From the NCBI GenBank assembly GCA_951406725.2, contig OX597826.1, positions 24,428,001 to 24,492,000 on the forward strand: a DNA stretch of 64,000 nucleotides. The letters run 5' to 3'. The first letter of the stretch is position 1, and the number at the start of each line of letters is the position of its first letter. The position numbers and the translations under genes were made by a program. The notes beneath the pieces were generated by a model. The model saw only the letters and a list, made by a program, of their open reading frames with translations. It searched no databases and was not told the origin of the DNA. The DNA is from Octopus vulgaris. Lineage: Eukaryota. Shown here one piece after another: positions 25,352 to 39,634 of the stretch.

Positions 25352-27958
25352 GCAAATTTATTTTCGAACCTTTAAACTACAATTCCTTACCGCAGAGTTT
25401 GAAATCAGTCATAAGACCTTTAAACAATAATTGAGCGAATAAGGTAAACAGCAACACGTTTGTATGCATGTATGTATATAAGCATGTTCGAAAGTATGTG
25501 TTTATCTAACAGTCTTTATGCAGAGGTAATACGTGTATGTAGATAGGTGTGTGTGTGTATATAGGACTATATAGAGGCATAGCAAGTAAGTATGTACAGC
25601 TGATGACTTACACATTGGCCTTTGACTGGCATAATTTCACAGGTATATCTGGTTCTTGTCCATATTCTAAATCTCTCACTATTGTTACAAACACCTTCAG
25701 CTGAAAGGCGAAATCATGTTGGGCTAACATTGCACCAATAGAGCAATGATTTCTACAATGAAATCAGTAGCCAAGGCAAGAGAAGTTCTCAGACAAATTT
25801 TCACAGCATCATCTTTTCCTTGATAGAGTTATTCAGAGTGCAGTAATACTCGGACACTACCTTAAGGAATTACAGTCAAATCGACCTCGCTAGTTATTTT
25901 CTCTTTTAAAGCCTGCTATCAATCTCTTTTGCTGAACTGCTAGGTGGCAGGAACGTAAACACATCAACACCAGTTGTCAACCAGTAATGTGGGACAAACA
26001 TAGTCGCAAATACACACACACATGTTCTTGAGCAAGACACTTTATTTCACGATGTTCCTGTTCATCCAGCTGTAGAAATGAGTTGCAACGTCACTGGTGC
26101 CAAGCTGTATCGACCTTTGTCTCTCCCTTAGATAAACATCAGTGACGAGGTGAGGGTAGTTTGGTATGCATGTGTAACTGCTGGTCTTCCAGGAACAGCT
26201 GTTTCCAGATTTGTGCCTAGTGGGGGAACTTTGTAGGTGCAATCCCTTGATCATTCATGTCTCAAGGGAATCTCTACCCTTTTTTATACTATCTATCTGT
26301 GTTCCGTCTTCCATATCCACTCACAAGGTTCTGGTCAGCCCGAAGCCATATTAAAAAACAACTTGCCAAAAGTAACATTTGTATGGGACTAAATCCAGAA
26401 CAATGTGGTTGCGGAGCAAACTTTTTATCAAACAGCCACACCTCTGCTATTTTTACTATCAGGACAAGGCACATAGTTGAAAGAAATTAGCTGTTGTTAG
26501 ACCAGGAGATCTACCAGGTTTACCAAGCCATGATGGTATATGACAAACAGACAAGGCAACAACTTTATATTAAATCTCTTGTAGCCAGGGTTGCCAATGA
26601 TAGTGTTATTCATCTTCCACCAAACTGATTTTGTTTGTGTACTACTTGTGGCTTGACAGGAAAGATTTTTGACAGAGGAAACATCACAGTTGCCATATGA
26701 AATGTAAGAACACTGAAGCTAAAGGGAAACTAAAAAGACCAGCATATGAGATGGTGAAAACAGACCAAAGAACATAGAAACACAGAATGCAAAAATAATG
26801 TAGCAAACAGCTACTCAAACATTGTGTTCTGATACCAATTAGTTTCAGAAGGGCTCAAAACCTAGTTCGTAGCACTAACACAAGTCTGTAAAGAAATTGT
26901 ATTAAAACTTCAAGAGGTCGTGACCAAAGAGAGAAAGATATATTCTACTAACAGGGTGAAACGGGATGCACAAATGAGAAGGAGCTACACCTACTGGAAT
27001 TTTCTAGTTTTATCAACACAGTATTGCCAAAATACTTTGATAAGCAGAAAGCATTTCATACATGGGCTTTGCACGCCCCAATAAGTCACACTGTTTGTGC
27101 AATGGTTTTGTAATCAGCCAATGAAAGATTCACTATGACTCAATCTCCCAATTCAAATTTTTAATAATGGAATTGGATGGTGACAGAAAGTCATGGGAGT
27201 CTGCAAAAGCAGTGTGACCAAAGAGAGTATATATTGTATGTATCGGCTATGCGTTGTATATATATATTGTATGTGCATGTGCTGTTGAATCTTTTCACTT
27301 TGGCAGTCTTTGATTTCTTATATTCTTTCTCTTTTATTTCAGAATAACTGATGATATTGGCAGAAAAGGAATTTTTATATCTGACATCTTCATTATTCAT
27401 CTTCTTTGATAGACTAAAGGAAGCTGTTATACAGAAGAGGTATAACCATGTTTATATAAATTGGTGATGAATTATAGTGAAACGTTTCCTCTCTATGAGA
27501 TTGTCATCAACATTTCTCACATTCACTGCTTAATATATGTAGCAGATTAATTTCATTTGAAATAAGCTTGGATTAAATTACAAAGACGCTTTCTGCACCT
27601 TCAGGATCACAGTTGATGGAACAGAACAAATAGTTATGAACAAGCTATAAAAAGAGAAAAAAGAAAGATATTCCTACATGTATGTATAGTGATGAGAGCT
27701 AAAAATTATGGAAAACTTAATTGTATGAGAAAGTTTGACAGTTGATTTTCCTTTTTCTTGTTTAAACCAACCATATCTGGCCGATATATTCTGACTATTT
27801 TACAATCAAACGAAAGAGATTTGTCCTATCATATCTACTCTGCAATGTCACTCCTTGAAGTGTCAAACCTATGAAATAATAGATAATTGATTCAAAACAA
27901 CTTGAATAAAAAAGCATTACAAATCACAGAGTAATCTGAATACTTAAAGATTAAAAAG

Positions 27959-29590
27959 ATGCCAAAAGAATTAGGAAAATCACCATACCAATGTGATATA
28001 TGTCAAAAATCGTTTTCTCAAAAATATAACCTAACAACTCACAAATATATTCATACAGGAGAAAGACCATATGACTGTGATATCTGTGGTAAAACATTTC
28101 GACGGAATCTGCACTTAATTGACCATAGACGTACTCATACAGGAGAAAAACCATATCACTGTGATACATGTGGTAAATCATTTGCCAGGAAACCAAACTT
28201 AATTCAACACAAGCTTATTCATACAAAAGAGAAACGATATCAGTGTGATGTCTGTGGTAAAGCATTCTCTCTCATTCATGCCCTAACAAAACACAAGTAT
28301 ATTCATACAGGAGAAAAACCATGTCAGTGTGATATCTGTGGTAAATCATTCTCTTCGCATGCCAGTTTAACTAAACACAATCGCATACATACAGGTGAGA
28401 AACTTTATCGCTGTGATATCTGTGGTAAATCATTCTCTCAGAATGATCACTTAGCTAGACACAATCGCATTCATACAGGAGAGAAGCCATATCACTGTGA
28501 TATCTGTGGTAAATCATTCTCTCAGAATGATAGCTTAGCTAAACACAGTCACATTCATACAGGAGAGAAACCGTATTCCTGCGATATCTGTGGTAAATCA
28601 TTCTCTCAGAATGGTCACTTAGCTATGCACAATCGCATTCATACGGGAGAGAAGCCATATCACTGTGATACCTGTGGTAAGTCATTCTCTCAGAATGATA
28701 ACTTAATTATTCACAATCGTATTCATACAGGAGAGAAGCCATATCGCTGTGATATCTGTGGTAAATCATTCTCTCAGAATGATAGCTTAGCTAAGCATTG
28801 TCGCATTCATACAGGAGAGAAGCCATATCACTGTGATATATGTGGTAAATCATTCTCTCGGAGTGATCATTTAGCTGTGCACAATCGTATTCATACAGGA
28901 GAGAAGCCATATCGCTGTGATATCTGTGGTAAATCATTCTCTCATAATGATAGCCTATCAAAGCACAATCACATTCATACAAGAGAGAAACTATATCACT
29001 GTGAAGTCTGTGGTAAATCATTCACTCAGAATGATGGTTTGGCTAAACACTGTCGCATTCATACAGGAGAGAAGCCATATCACTGTGATCTCTGTGGTAA
29101 ATCATTCTCTCGGAATGATCACTTAGCTGTGCACATTCGTATTCATACAAGAGAGAAGCCATATTGCTGTGATATCTGTGGTAAATCATTCTCTCAGAAT
29201 GATAGCTTAGCTAAACACCATCGTGTTCATTCAGAAAAGAAGCTATATCACTGTGATATCTGTGGTAAATCATTTTCTCGGAATGATAGCTTAGCTAAAC
29301 ACCATCGCGTTCATACAGGAGAGAAACCATTTCACTGTGAAATCTGTGGTAAATCATTCACTCAGAATGATGGTTTAGCTAAACACAGTCGCATTCATAC
29401 AGGAGAGAGGCCATATCGCTGTGATATCTGTGGTAAATCATTCTCTCAGAATATTCACTTAGCTGTGCACAATCGTATTCATACAGGAGAGAAACCATAT
29501 TGCTGTGATATCTGTGGTAAATCATTCTCTCAGAATGAGCACTTAACTAAACACAGGCGCATTCATACAGGAGAGAAAACATCACTGTGA
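27959..29590 (+). CDS. C2H2 zinc-finger protein, 19 tandem fingers (ZNF-2)
   Basis: 543-aa ORF of tandem C2H2 fingers. A frameshifted remnant of a 20th finger overlaps the stop codon. Confidence 0.95.
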   Translation: MPKELGKSPYQCDICQKSFSQKYNLTTHKYIHTGERPYDCDICGKTFRRNLHLIDHRRTHTGEKPYHCDTCGKSFARKPNLIQHKLIHTKEKRYQCDVCGKAFSLIHALTKHKYIHTGEKPCQCDICGKSFSSHASLTKHNRIHTGEKLYRCDICGKSFSQNDHLARHNRIHTGEKPYHCDICGKSFSQNDSLAKHSHIHTGEKPYSCDICGKSFSQNGHLAMHNRIHTGEKPYHCDTCGKSFSQNDNLIIHNRIHTGEKPYRCDICGKSFSQNDSLAKHCRIHTGEKPYHCDICGKSFSRSDHLAVHNRIHTGEKPYRCDICGKSFSHNDSLSKHNHIHTREKLYHCEVCGKSFTQNDGLAKHCRIHTGEKPYHCDLCGKSFSRNDHLAVHIRIHTREKPYCCDICGKSFSQNDSLAKHHRVHSEKKLYHCDICGKSFSRNDSLAKHHRVHTGEKPFHCEICGKSFTQNDGLAKHSRIHTGERPYRCDICGKSFSQNIHLAVHNRIHTGEKPYCCDICGKSFSQNEHLTKHRRIHTGEKTSL

Positions 29591-29629
29591 TATTTGTAGT
29601 GAATCATTATTTTGAAATGCTAGGTAGAT

Positions 29630-30650
29630 TTCACTTGTAGTTACCCAAGCAGGAATATATCATCTGACTGGCACAAATCCAGACTGAATTTCATCTGTCT
29701 TTAACCCTTTCGTTACTGTATTTATTTTGAGATGCTCTGTGTTTCTTTCAATTACTTTAAGTATAACAAAGAATTTAGTAAAATAACTTAGTAATCATTC
29801 AGCAAGAGTTAGGAACATAAATTGTGACTAAGGTTTGATGGAAGATTTTAATTCAAAACGTATGAAAACGAGACATTTGTACAACAGAGCCAGAGCCGGT
29901 TTCAGCCGGGTTGGTAACGAAAGGGTTAATTAATTGAGCTACGATTTCCAGCAACTTGATACTTTTGTAATTATTGCTGTCTGAAGTGTCACCTTTGCCT
30001 TTGTAGTAGTTGACTATGATGCTGCTACACCAATCATTGGGTATGACTCCCTTGTGGACAACCTCATTAACTATATGGCTGACTAGGTGAGATATTTGAA
30101 GCACTGCAGCAGTGATCCCTGTTTTCATATCCTTAATTGCTCTATCTACCAAACTGTTGTTAGAGATAGCTGGTCTGAGTGTTAGGTCGACATTTGGCAG
30201 ACTCTTCTCTCATTCATTCTCCACATTTAGCAGCGTAGCATAATGGTGTTTCCAAGCCTCTTTCTTTGTAGAATCATTAAATGCAAGTGAGCTATCATTG
30301 ATGCGGACACATTTCTCTCCTATGACATCACAATTTTCTCTCACACACTGTCTTGCAATCCAAAACACTTCAAATCTCTGGTCCTCATGTCACAGAGCGT
30401 TGGCAAAGTTCTTTTCTGCTTCACCTCTCACTAGTATACCTGCCTCCTAACTTCCATTCAGGCTGTCTGATACAGTCCTCTGCTACCATCCCATTTCCAG
30501 TTGTTCCAGACCCGTTGCTTTTCTCTTAATGGCCCTGTCAACTACATTGTTCCACCACCATGTCACCTCAGTCAAGAAGGGTCTTTGCATCAGCCACAGT
30601 TTTGGTCAGTAACCCTCAGTAGGTTCCATAGGAATCTCCAGTTGTCTGGA
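29630..30650 (-). mobile_element. RTE LINE internal fragment
   Basis: Minus-strand peptide VDRAIKDMKTG...GVIPNDWCSSIIVNYYKGKGD, homologous to 48290-49200. Confidence 0.85.
29705..29925. mobile_element. piggyBac-type MITE inserted in the RTE fragment
   Basis: TTAA-CCCTTTCGTTAC ... GTAACGAAAGGG-TTAA: a perfect 12-bp TIR with TTAA TSD. Confidence 0.9.
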
Positions 30651-33497
30651 AAGAAGCCCATATTTGTTTGTGTGTCCTCAACCACAGCTTGAAAACTGGC
30701 ATTAGTTTGTTCACGTCTCCATAACTTAACAGCTTAGGGAAAGAGTTTAACAGAAAATTACCACATTCTAAAAATTAGTCTTGGGGTCAATTTGTTTGAC
30801 TAAAACCTTTCAATGCAAGGCCTCAGCATGGCTGCAGTCCATTGTCTGAGACAAGTAAAAGATTAAAAGGTACAATTCTTTTTTTGTGAAATACTATTCC
30901 TATGTTAATCTCAGTCATGCATGTTAGACCAAAGAAAAAAAAAAGCATTGTGAAGAAAAATTACATGTATGAACTTGTGTTGCAAAATCCCTAATGTGAA
31001 ACTGTGTGTTGAAACAGATATTGTTGTATTTTGGGATAGTCTTTTTTTTTGTGTATATGGGGCAAAAAAACCCCACACAACATCCTGAAGAAAAGGCAAA
31101 GTCAGAAACCTCTTCAGATTTCCTTTTCAATATATAGCCTGCTGTTTTTGTTGTGCTCTTTGTAGGTTATGGATTTCTTTTTCTGTCATTCTGTAACACA
31201 AATATTTCCTCATGGATGGGGTACTGGTCCATCAAGACTACTCATTTTTGCTGAGTGGACTGGAGGAATGTGAAATGAAGCGTTTTGCTCAAGAACACAC
31301 ATCGCTTGGTTCAGGGATCAAAACCACAATCTTGTAATTATGAGTCCAACTCCCTAACCACTAGGTCATGTGCCTCCACACATTTCACTTGGAACTGGAT
31401 GGTGCTCTGGGCCGGTGGGTTCCCAGGGCTCCATTGTGTGTCCAAGTTGTTGGTATTCACTGAGTCATGCAATTTTCTATCAGTTCACTTGGATAGCTGT
31501 ACTCTTTATTGATGGACAGGCCAAATGATTCCACCATCCAAGGTGTTCTACTATAGCCACTTTATGCTAAATATACCTGGTTTACGCTTAAATTATTTTT
31601 CTATCATTTTGTATGTTACAAAGAAACCACTGATATCTGTTGAGGTTTTTGATAAACTAAATATTCTTTTTATAAAGAAAAATATCATTACTATGAATGA
31701 CAAATCGAGTGTGTTTTAATATTTTTCTTGGATTTGAGTTCTTGTCGCATACAACAGTCGAAATGCTCGCTGGTGTTTGTCACTATTTGCTTATCATGGT
31801 TAGCTGCTGGTCATGCCACTGTCTTCTAAAGTCTCTCATTTGCCATGTGTGCATTGCTTTTGTGTTGTCTGCTTGGCTGTCTAAGTAGCTATGGTGCACT
31901 GGATACATAGCAATGGTTAGACTGGTGAGAAGAGTGCCAAAAGATGAAATTACTGTTGTAGCTGGTTCCTCACAAAGACTCGATTGGTCAGATTTTTTTC
32001 AATGATGTGGGTAATATTCCAGCAAATCACAACATTGGATATACTGATCTGATTGCTAGATACTCCTGCCACATGTACAACACATATCATTTGTACTGAC
32101 CCTCACCATAAACTATAGAATTCACAACAGATATGATCAGCATATGATAATAGTAGCACATTTCTCCAACTTGATATTACTAAACATTTGCTTCGTTCTT
32201 CCGTAACCTTGTTGACATTTTTTTTTATATAAAAACATATTCCTTGCCCATGGCTGTGTGAGAAGCTTGCTTCCTGCCTACCTGAAAATGTTGCTATGAT
32301 GTAATTTAAAATTGCATTAATAAAATGCTACCAAAACATTTTAAAATCCACTTTGTGTTTTTTTTTTTTTGTTTTACACACACACACAGATGCAGTGATA
32401 GACTTGATACTGAACTAAACAAATCGAATCAAAATTCACGAATATTCAGATCTTTGAAAAAAGTATTACATTCAACAACCACAAAGATGTATAGTGAACA
32501 ACACTGTTTCACTGAATCTGCTAAAACTGCCAAATCTGTTCATTTGTTTTTATCAATGTATTGCTTAAGTTTTTCCCTTCCTCATTAACTGATCATTTCT
32601 AGTATTTGAAAATTGGATTATTGCAACTAATGTTTCTGACTGTAGCATTTACACTGAACAAGAATAACCAAAATTCTATATTGTAAAGATGAATGTAAGA
32701 AGAAAGAAAAAAACAAATGGTAGTGTATGTTTTTTTATTTCTCATCAATAGTAGTTATAAAATTTAAAAAGAACAAAATATCAATGCGGGTTATTTTGTA
32801 GAATACAACTATGATACATAAATTCCATGAATTAGAAAATATTTAAGAATAGGTTATTTTAGAAAATATACAGAAAAAATATAATTCAGTGATCCTTTAG
32901 TTCTGCCAACTCAACTGCCCTTTTGCCACATATGAAGTTGTATTTGCTTTAGTATTACAAAGACATTGGTAACAGTAATTGATAATTTCTTAAGAACAAG
33001 ATATTGTTTTTCTAAAAACTTTATTAATAAATATTATGGTATAAATGTGAAGATATAATTACTTACAATGGTCAAAAATAACTTTTCTTGGGAATGCTAT
33101 TAAAATTTGAGAGGCTGGTGAAACTACTTTACTCAAACTCTCAAATTCCCAATAATGTTGATAACTCTAATAGGATCCAGCCAGTAAGGCCTGGGCCATG
33201 TGTAACTTAATAGCACCACCTGAGGAAATCTTTCAGTCATATATGGAGCACCATGGCCTATGGATTCTGGATTTTTTTCCTTTTAACCTTGTTTTTGATA
33301 TGATATTATTGAAAATGTAATTCTTTCTTAAAGAGTGTAAAATATCTGAAGCTCAAGAATTAGTTAAACAAAGAAGACTTACATTTGCACAACAATAAAA
33401 ATCACAGGGAAAATGAAACAATATATTTGTGTATTTATGGCTTATAGTTCATCAGTTAACCTAAACCCCCAAAATTTCTTTAAAGAACTCGTTTTTT

Positions 33498-34328
33498 TTA
33501 TATAATAAAATACATGTTAAACTGATATCAAATAATTTTCTGCTGTATGTAGAAGGCCTAAAATGTTTTCTCTTCTGAATGAAATTGACTGCTTACCTAA
33601 GCAATCATTCTGAGAGAATGATTTACCTCATATATCAAAGGATATGGCTTTTCTCCTGTATGAATGCAATTGTGTGCAGCTAAGTGAGCATTGTGGGAGT
33701 ATGATTTACCACAGATATCACAATATGGCTTCTCTCCTGTATGAATACGACAGTGTTTAGCTAAGTTATCGTTGCAGGAAAATGATTTACCACAGATATC
33801 ACAGGAATATGGTTTCTTTCCAGTGTGAATGTGATTGTGCTTAGCCAGACTATCACTATGAGAGAATGATTTACCACAGATATCACAGGGATATGGCTTC
33901 TCTCCTGTATGAATGCGATTGTGCACAACTAAGTGGTCATTCCGAGAGAAGGATTTACCACAGATATCACATCGAAATGTCTTCTCTTTTGAATGAATGT
34001 GATGGTGCTTAGCCAAGCTAGTTTTGTGAGAGAATGATTTTCCACAGATATCACAGGGATATGGCTTCTCTCCTGTATGAATGCAATTGTGTCTAGCTAA
34101 GTTACCACTCTGAGAGAATGATTTACCACAGATATCACAGCGATAAGGTTTCACCCCCGTATGTGTGCGATTGTCTCTATCTGGCATGCCAAGGAAATGA
34201 TTTACGACAAACATCAAAGTGATTCTGTTTCTCTCTTGTATGAATGCTTTTGCGAATAGTTAAATTACTACTTTGAGAGAATGATTTACCGCAGATATCA
34301 CATTGAAATGGTTTTCCTCCTGAATGAA
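33498..34328 (-). pseudogene. 5'-deleted C2H2 ZNF pseudogene (ZNF-3)
   Basis: About 7-8 fingers, partly degenerate (ORF 33597-34217). No start, intron or promoter. The 3' flank is paralogous to those of ZNF-4 and ZNF-5. Confidence 0.9.
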
Positions 34329-34329
34329 C

Positions 34330-34740
34330 AGGCTTCTTGAAGGTCAGAAGATAAGCATCTTATTACCCACCCAGCATCAGATGCCACTTATTACAATGTT
34401 AAGACAGTGACTTTGTGACGGACTTCCATATTAGCAGAGTAAAAGTTTTGCACATAAGTGAACGATGAACACTTTGCTGATCATATACCTTCACAGCTAT
34501 TGAGACAAATGAAGGAACTAGCCGAAAATGCACCAGCAGATTGTGTAATGATCAAACAACGCTTTTCCTCTAGACTGCAACCTAATGTTCAGACCATTTT
34601 GGTGCCTATGACGGAAACAATTTCGGCAAATCAACTAGCTCCTGCTGAGAATATCATGGATTATACTTGCAATTCTGCTACTCATTTTCCATTGGGAGCA
34701 TCTGCAAACCCTTTTTCTTCCTTTCTGCCAGTTGCTTTGT
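34330..34740 (+). mobile_element. Gypsy relic gag fragment, copy 3
   Basis: PSQLLRQMKELAENAPAD; close match to 45315-45710 and 19580-19965. Confidence 0.85.
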
Positions 34741-37130
34741 AGTCAATCTGGATGGAACTCCGAAACGGGAAATCGGAATGGCTTCTGGCCAACAGGAGAA
34801 GCGATCGACACAGGTTAAAAGATAAGGAAACCCACGTCTCACAAGCCATTGTCCAACCAGATCAATGTGGACATGGCAAAAACGGGCCTCCGTAGAGGGA
34901 AAGTGTCCAAGCAGGGTACGAATGTGCCATTGAATCTTGGACCATTGGCACTTTGAGCAAGTGCATGCCCATGAGGTAATAGTGCGACGCATATTCGGCC
35001 AGAAAAACGGAGCAGTGATAAGCTTAAGGGTAGCGGGATGTGATAAGGAGTGCAGTGCCTCAAACACTGAGTGTTGATGATTCTCTGGCATGAATGGCCT
35101 GGAGAACCAGTGGAAGTATCACAAAGAATGGCACCTTCAGCTGACGGAAGCGGAAAATAGTCAAACTGGCAACAGGAGAACTTAGGCAAAGTTAAGTCTA
35201 ACGTCGCCAAAGGTGGCTGGTCCTGCGAAATGGGAGTTAAGTCAATCGCAGCAGGAGAAAAAAGAGAACAGACTGGAAGGCGAGAAAGAGCGTCAGTAGG
35301 AACGTTCTCTTTTCCAGGTATGTGACGAATGTCACTGGTAATTTGTGAAATAAAATCCAAGTGACGGAAAGCACGAGGCAAGAGTTTGTCCATTTTAGAA
35401 GACAGGGCAAACGTAAGAGGCTTGTGATCTGTATAGATCACAAAATCTCGAGCTTCGAGTTGATGCTGGAAATAACGAACCGATAGATAGACCGCTAGGA
35501 GCTCACGATCAAAAGTGCTGTATCGTCATTCAGCTGGTTGCAGTTGGCGAGAAAAGAAAGCCAGAGGTCAAGTACAATCGTCCACTGTGTGTTGTAACAC
35601 AGCGCCAATCGCAGTGTCCAATGCATCTACAGTTAAAGAGAGAGAAGCCCCAGGAACCGGATGTGCAAGCAAAAGAACAGAAGCTAGATCCTTCTTGATG
35701 GACTCAAAAGCTGTCAGTGCCTTAACAGAGAGGGTGACTTGACCATCCTTTCTAGGGGTGTCCTTTAATAGCTTGATGAGAGGAAGTAGCTTATCTGCAC
35801 AACTGGGAATAAAACGTCTGTAGAAATTGACCATCCCTAGATAATGCCTGAGCTGGCGCAAGGAAGTAGGAGGTGCGATGCATTGAATGGCATCGACTTT
35901 TGACGACAGAGGTCTGATTCCACGATGACCTAGAAAATCTAGAGAAGATTGTCCAAAAACACACTTGTGGGGATTGAGGCGTACAATAAGCACGAAGGCG
36001 CTGAAAAAGCTGAGAGAGGTGCCGGAGATGATTTTCACGGGTGTTGCTCAAAATGAGCATATCACCAACATAGGCAAACACAAAATCTAAGAACACGGAC
36101 AACCTCAACAATGAAGTGCTGGTAGCATTCCGCAAACCAAAACTCATAACACTGAAAAGGGGTAGTAATCGCAGTTTTGGGAACATTGGCTGGGTTGACT
36201 GGTATTCAGTGATAAGCGCGTATAAGATTGACTTTTGAAAAAATGGAACAACCATGAAGATTGGCCGAAAAGTCCTGGAGGTTTCTTATTGGGTTGCAAT
36301 CGGCTATTGTTACCGCATTGAGGCGTATATAATTTCCTACAGGGCGAAAATCAGACACCCCTTTTCGCGCGAAATGAAGGGGAGATGCCCATGGGCTGGT
36401 GGAGGGGCATATTAGGCCAAGTTGGAGCAGGTGCTCAAACTTGGCCCTAGCCATTCTTAGACGGTCAGGCGCAAGACGCAATAAAACAGGCGACCCAGTG
36501 GTGGTGATAAAATGGTCGAGTGGGTAGGCTTTGCTGGCAGAAAGGTAATGTCCACTAGCTCCAGAAATGAAGCCAAAAGAGAATGAAAGGAGTCTACAGA
36601 GGTGGCAACAAAAAATGTCAGTCTAAGAACCGCATTGGTGGAACTTCCAGTCGGCATGGAGAGTGACGTAGTACTGTCAAAAAGCCTTCGACGGCTGACA
36701 TCTACCAATAGATTAAACCGATCCAAGAAATCAGCACCGGGAATAGGATGCGGGATGTCAGAGATGACGAAAACCCATTGAAAATCTTGACGAAGATTAA
36801 TGTCGAGGCGTAGTGAAATCTGACTGAGTCGATGGGGTGCAAATCTGACGAGTCAGTGGCGTGCAAAAAAATTGAAGAACGCTTGGGCTTGTCTGCAGTG
36901 AGACGAATAGGCCAAATGCTACAACAAGAACGGGCGTCTGCCATGAAGAATTTCTTCGACACCAGATTTTTGATGAAGAATACACTATTAGTAGGAAGAG
37001 AAAAGGAAGAAGATGCTGTGCTCAACTTCTCCGGATTTAGATTACCAAAGTTTTGAAATTGCACGGCTGAATACACTTGTTTGCCTTTTCTGCAAATTTT
37101 AAGTGGTACAAGCACAAGCTGGAACGCTGC
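34741..37130 (-). mobile_element. Second-family Ty3/Gypsy fragment (gag Cys/His motif, PR, RT, RH, IN N-half)
   Basis: CLYHLKFAEKANKCIQPCNF; SPWASPLH; LNPHKCVFG...FLGH; IYTDHKPL; HVHIDLVG...CVDRFSCWPEAIP. Truncated inside the integrase. Confidence 0.9.
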
Positions 37131-37957
37131 CCAAAATCATGTGTGTTTATCTGAACATAAATTTTATATTGCAAAGATGAATGTAAGAAGAAAGAAAAAA
37201 ACAAATGGTAGTGTATGTTTTTTTTATTTCTCATCAATAGTAGTTATAAAATTTAAAAAGAACAAAATATCAATAATGGCTATTTTATAGAAACAACTAT
37301 GATACATAAATTCCATGAATTAGAAAATATTTAAGAATAGGTTATTTTAGAAAATATACAGAAAAAATATAATTCAGTGATCCTTTAGTTCTGCCAACTC
37401 AACTGCCCTTTTGCCACATATGAAGTTGTACTGTAGTATTTGCTTTAGTATTACAAAGACATTGGTAACAGTAATTGATAATTTCTTAAGAACAAGAAAT
37501 TGTTGACAAGACATGAGTTTCTCTAAAAACTTAATTAATAAATATTATGGTATAAATGTGAAGATATAATTACTTACAATGGTCAAAAATAACTTTTCTT
37601 GGGAATGCTATTAAAATTTGAGAGGCTGGTGAAACTCCTTTACTCAAACTCTCAAATTCCCAATAATGTTGATGACTCTAATAGGATCCTGCCAGTAAGG
37701 CCTAGGCCATGTGTAACTTAATAGCACCACCTGAGGAAGTCTTTCAGTCATATATGGGGCACCATGGCCTATGGATTCTGGATTTTTTTCCTTTTAACCT
37801 TGTTTTTGATATGATATTATTGAAAATGTAATCCTTTCTTAAAGAGAGTAAAATATCTGAAGCTCACGAATTAGTTAAACAAAGACTTACATTCGCACAG
37901 TGTATATATGGCTTATAGTTCATCAGTTCACCCAAATTTTGCTTAAAGGACTTTTTT

Positions 37958-39634
37958 TTATATAATAAAATGCATGTTAAACTGACATAAAATAATTTTC
38001 TGCTCTAGGTAGAAGGCCTGAAATATTTTCTCTTTTGAATGAAATTGACTGTGCTTACCTAAGCAATCATTCTGAGAGAACGATTTACCACAGATATCAC
38101 ATTGATATGGTTTCTCTCCTGTATGAATGCGATTGTGTTTAGTTAAGTGATACTTCTGAGAGAATGATTTACCACAGATATCAGAGCGATATGGCTTCTC
38201 TCCTGTATGAATGTGACAGTGTTTAGCTAAGCTATCATTCTGAGAGAATGATTTACTTCAGATATCACTTCTCTCCTGTATGAATGCGATTGTGTTTAGT
38301 TAAGTGATAATTCTGAGAGAATGATTTACCACAGATATCACATTGATACGGTTTCTCTCCTGTATGCATGCGATTGTGTGTAGCTAAGTGAGCATTCTGA
38401 GAGAACGATTTACCACAGATATCACAGCAATATGGTTTCTCACCTGTATGAATGCGATAGTGTTTAGCTAAGTTATTATTGCAGGAGAATGATTTACCAC
38501 AAGTATCACAGTGATATGGCTTCTCTCCTGTATGAATATGATAGTGTTTAGCTAAGTTATCATTCTGAGAGAAAGATTTACCACAGATATCACAGCAATA
38601 CGGTTTCTCTCCTGTATGAATGCGATAGTGTTTAGCTAAGCAATCATTGCGGGAGAATGATTTACCACAGATATCACAACAATACGGTTTCTCTCCTGTG
38701 TGAATGTGATAGTGTTTAGCTAAGTTATAACTCTGAGAGAATGATTTACCACAGATATCACAGCAATATGGCTTCTCTCCTGTATGAATACGATAGTGTT
38801 TAGCTAAGTGCTGATTCTGAGAGAATGATTTACCACAGATGCCACAGCAATATGGCTTCTCTCCTGTATGAATGCGATTGTGCGTAGCTAATTGCTCATT
38901 CCGAGAAAAGAATTTACCACAGATATCACATCGATATGGCATCTCTGCAGTATGAATGTGCTTGTGTCTAGCTAAGTGATCATTCCGAGAGAATGATTTA
39001 CCACAGATATCACATCGAAATGTCTTCTCTTTTGAATGAATGTGATTGTGCATATCCAGGTTAGTTTTCTGAGAGAATGATTTCCACAGATATCACAGCA
39101 ATATGGCTTCTCTCCTGTATGACTGCAAATGTGCATAGCTAAGTGAGCACTCTGAGAGAACGATTTGCCACAGATATCACAGCAATATGGCTTCTCTCCC
39201 GTATGAATGTGCTTGTGTCTAGCTAAGTTACCACTCCGAGAGAATGATTTACCACAGATATCACAGCGATAAGGTTTCATCCCCGTATGTGTGCGATTGT
39301 CTTTATCTACACTGGCATGCCAAGGAAATGATTTACGACAAACATCAAAGTGATTCTGTTTCTCTCTTGTATGAATAAGCTTGTGTCGAATTAAGTTTGT
39401 TTTCGTAGCGAATGATTTACCACAGGTGTCACAGTGATATGGTTTTTCTCCTGTATGAATACGTTTGTGGACAATTAAGTGTACATTCTGACGAAATGTT
39501 TTACCACAGATATCACAGTGATATGGTTTTTCTCCTGTGTGAATATATTTGTGAGTTGTAAGGTGATGTTCTTGAGAGAACGATTTTTGACACATATCAC
39601 ATTGGTATGGTGTTTTCCCTACCTCTTTCGGCAT
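37958..39634 (-). pseudogene. Frameshifted C2H2 ZNF (ZNF-4), pseudogene or truncated gene
   Basis: ORFs 38972-39634 and 38265-39053 are joined by a 1-bp loss in a T-run at ~39082. An ~11-nt deletion creates a stop at 38265. Three further out-of-frame fingers lie at 38040-38260. Confidence 0.8.
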
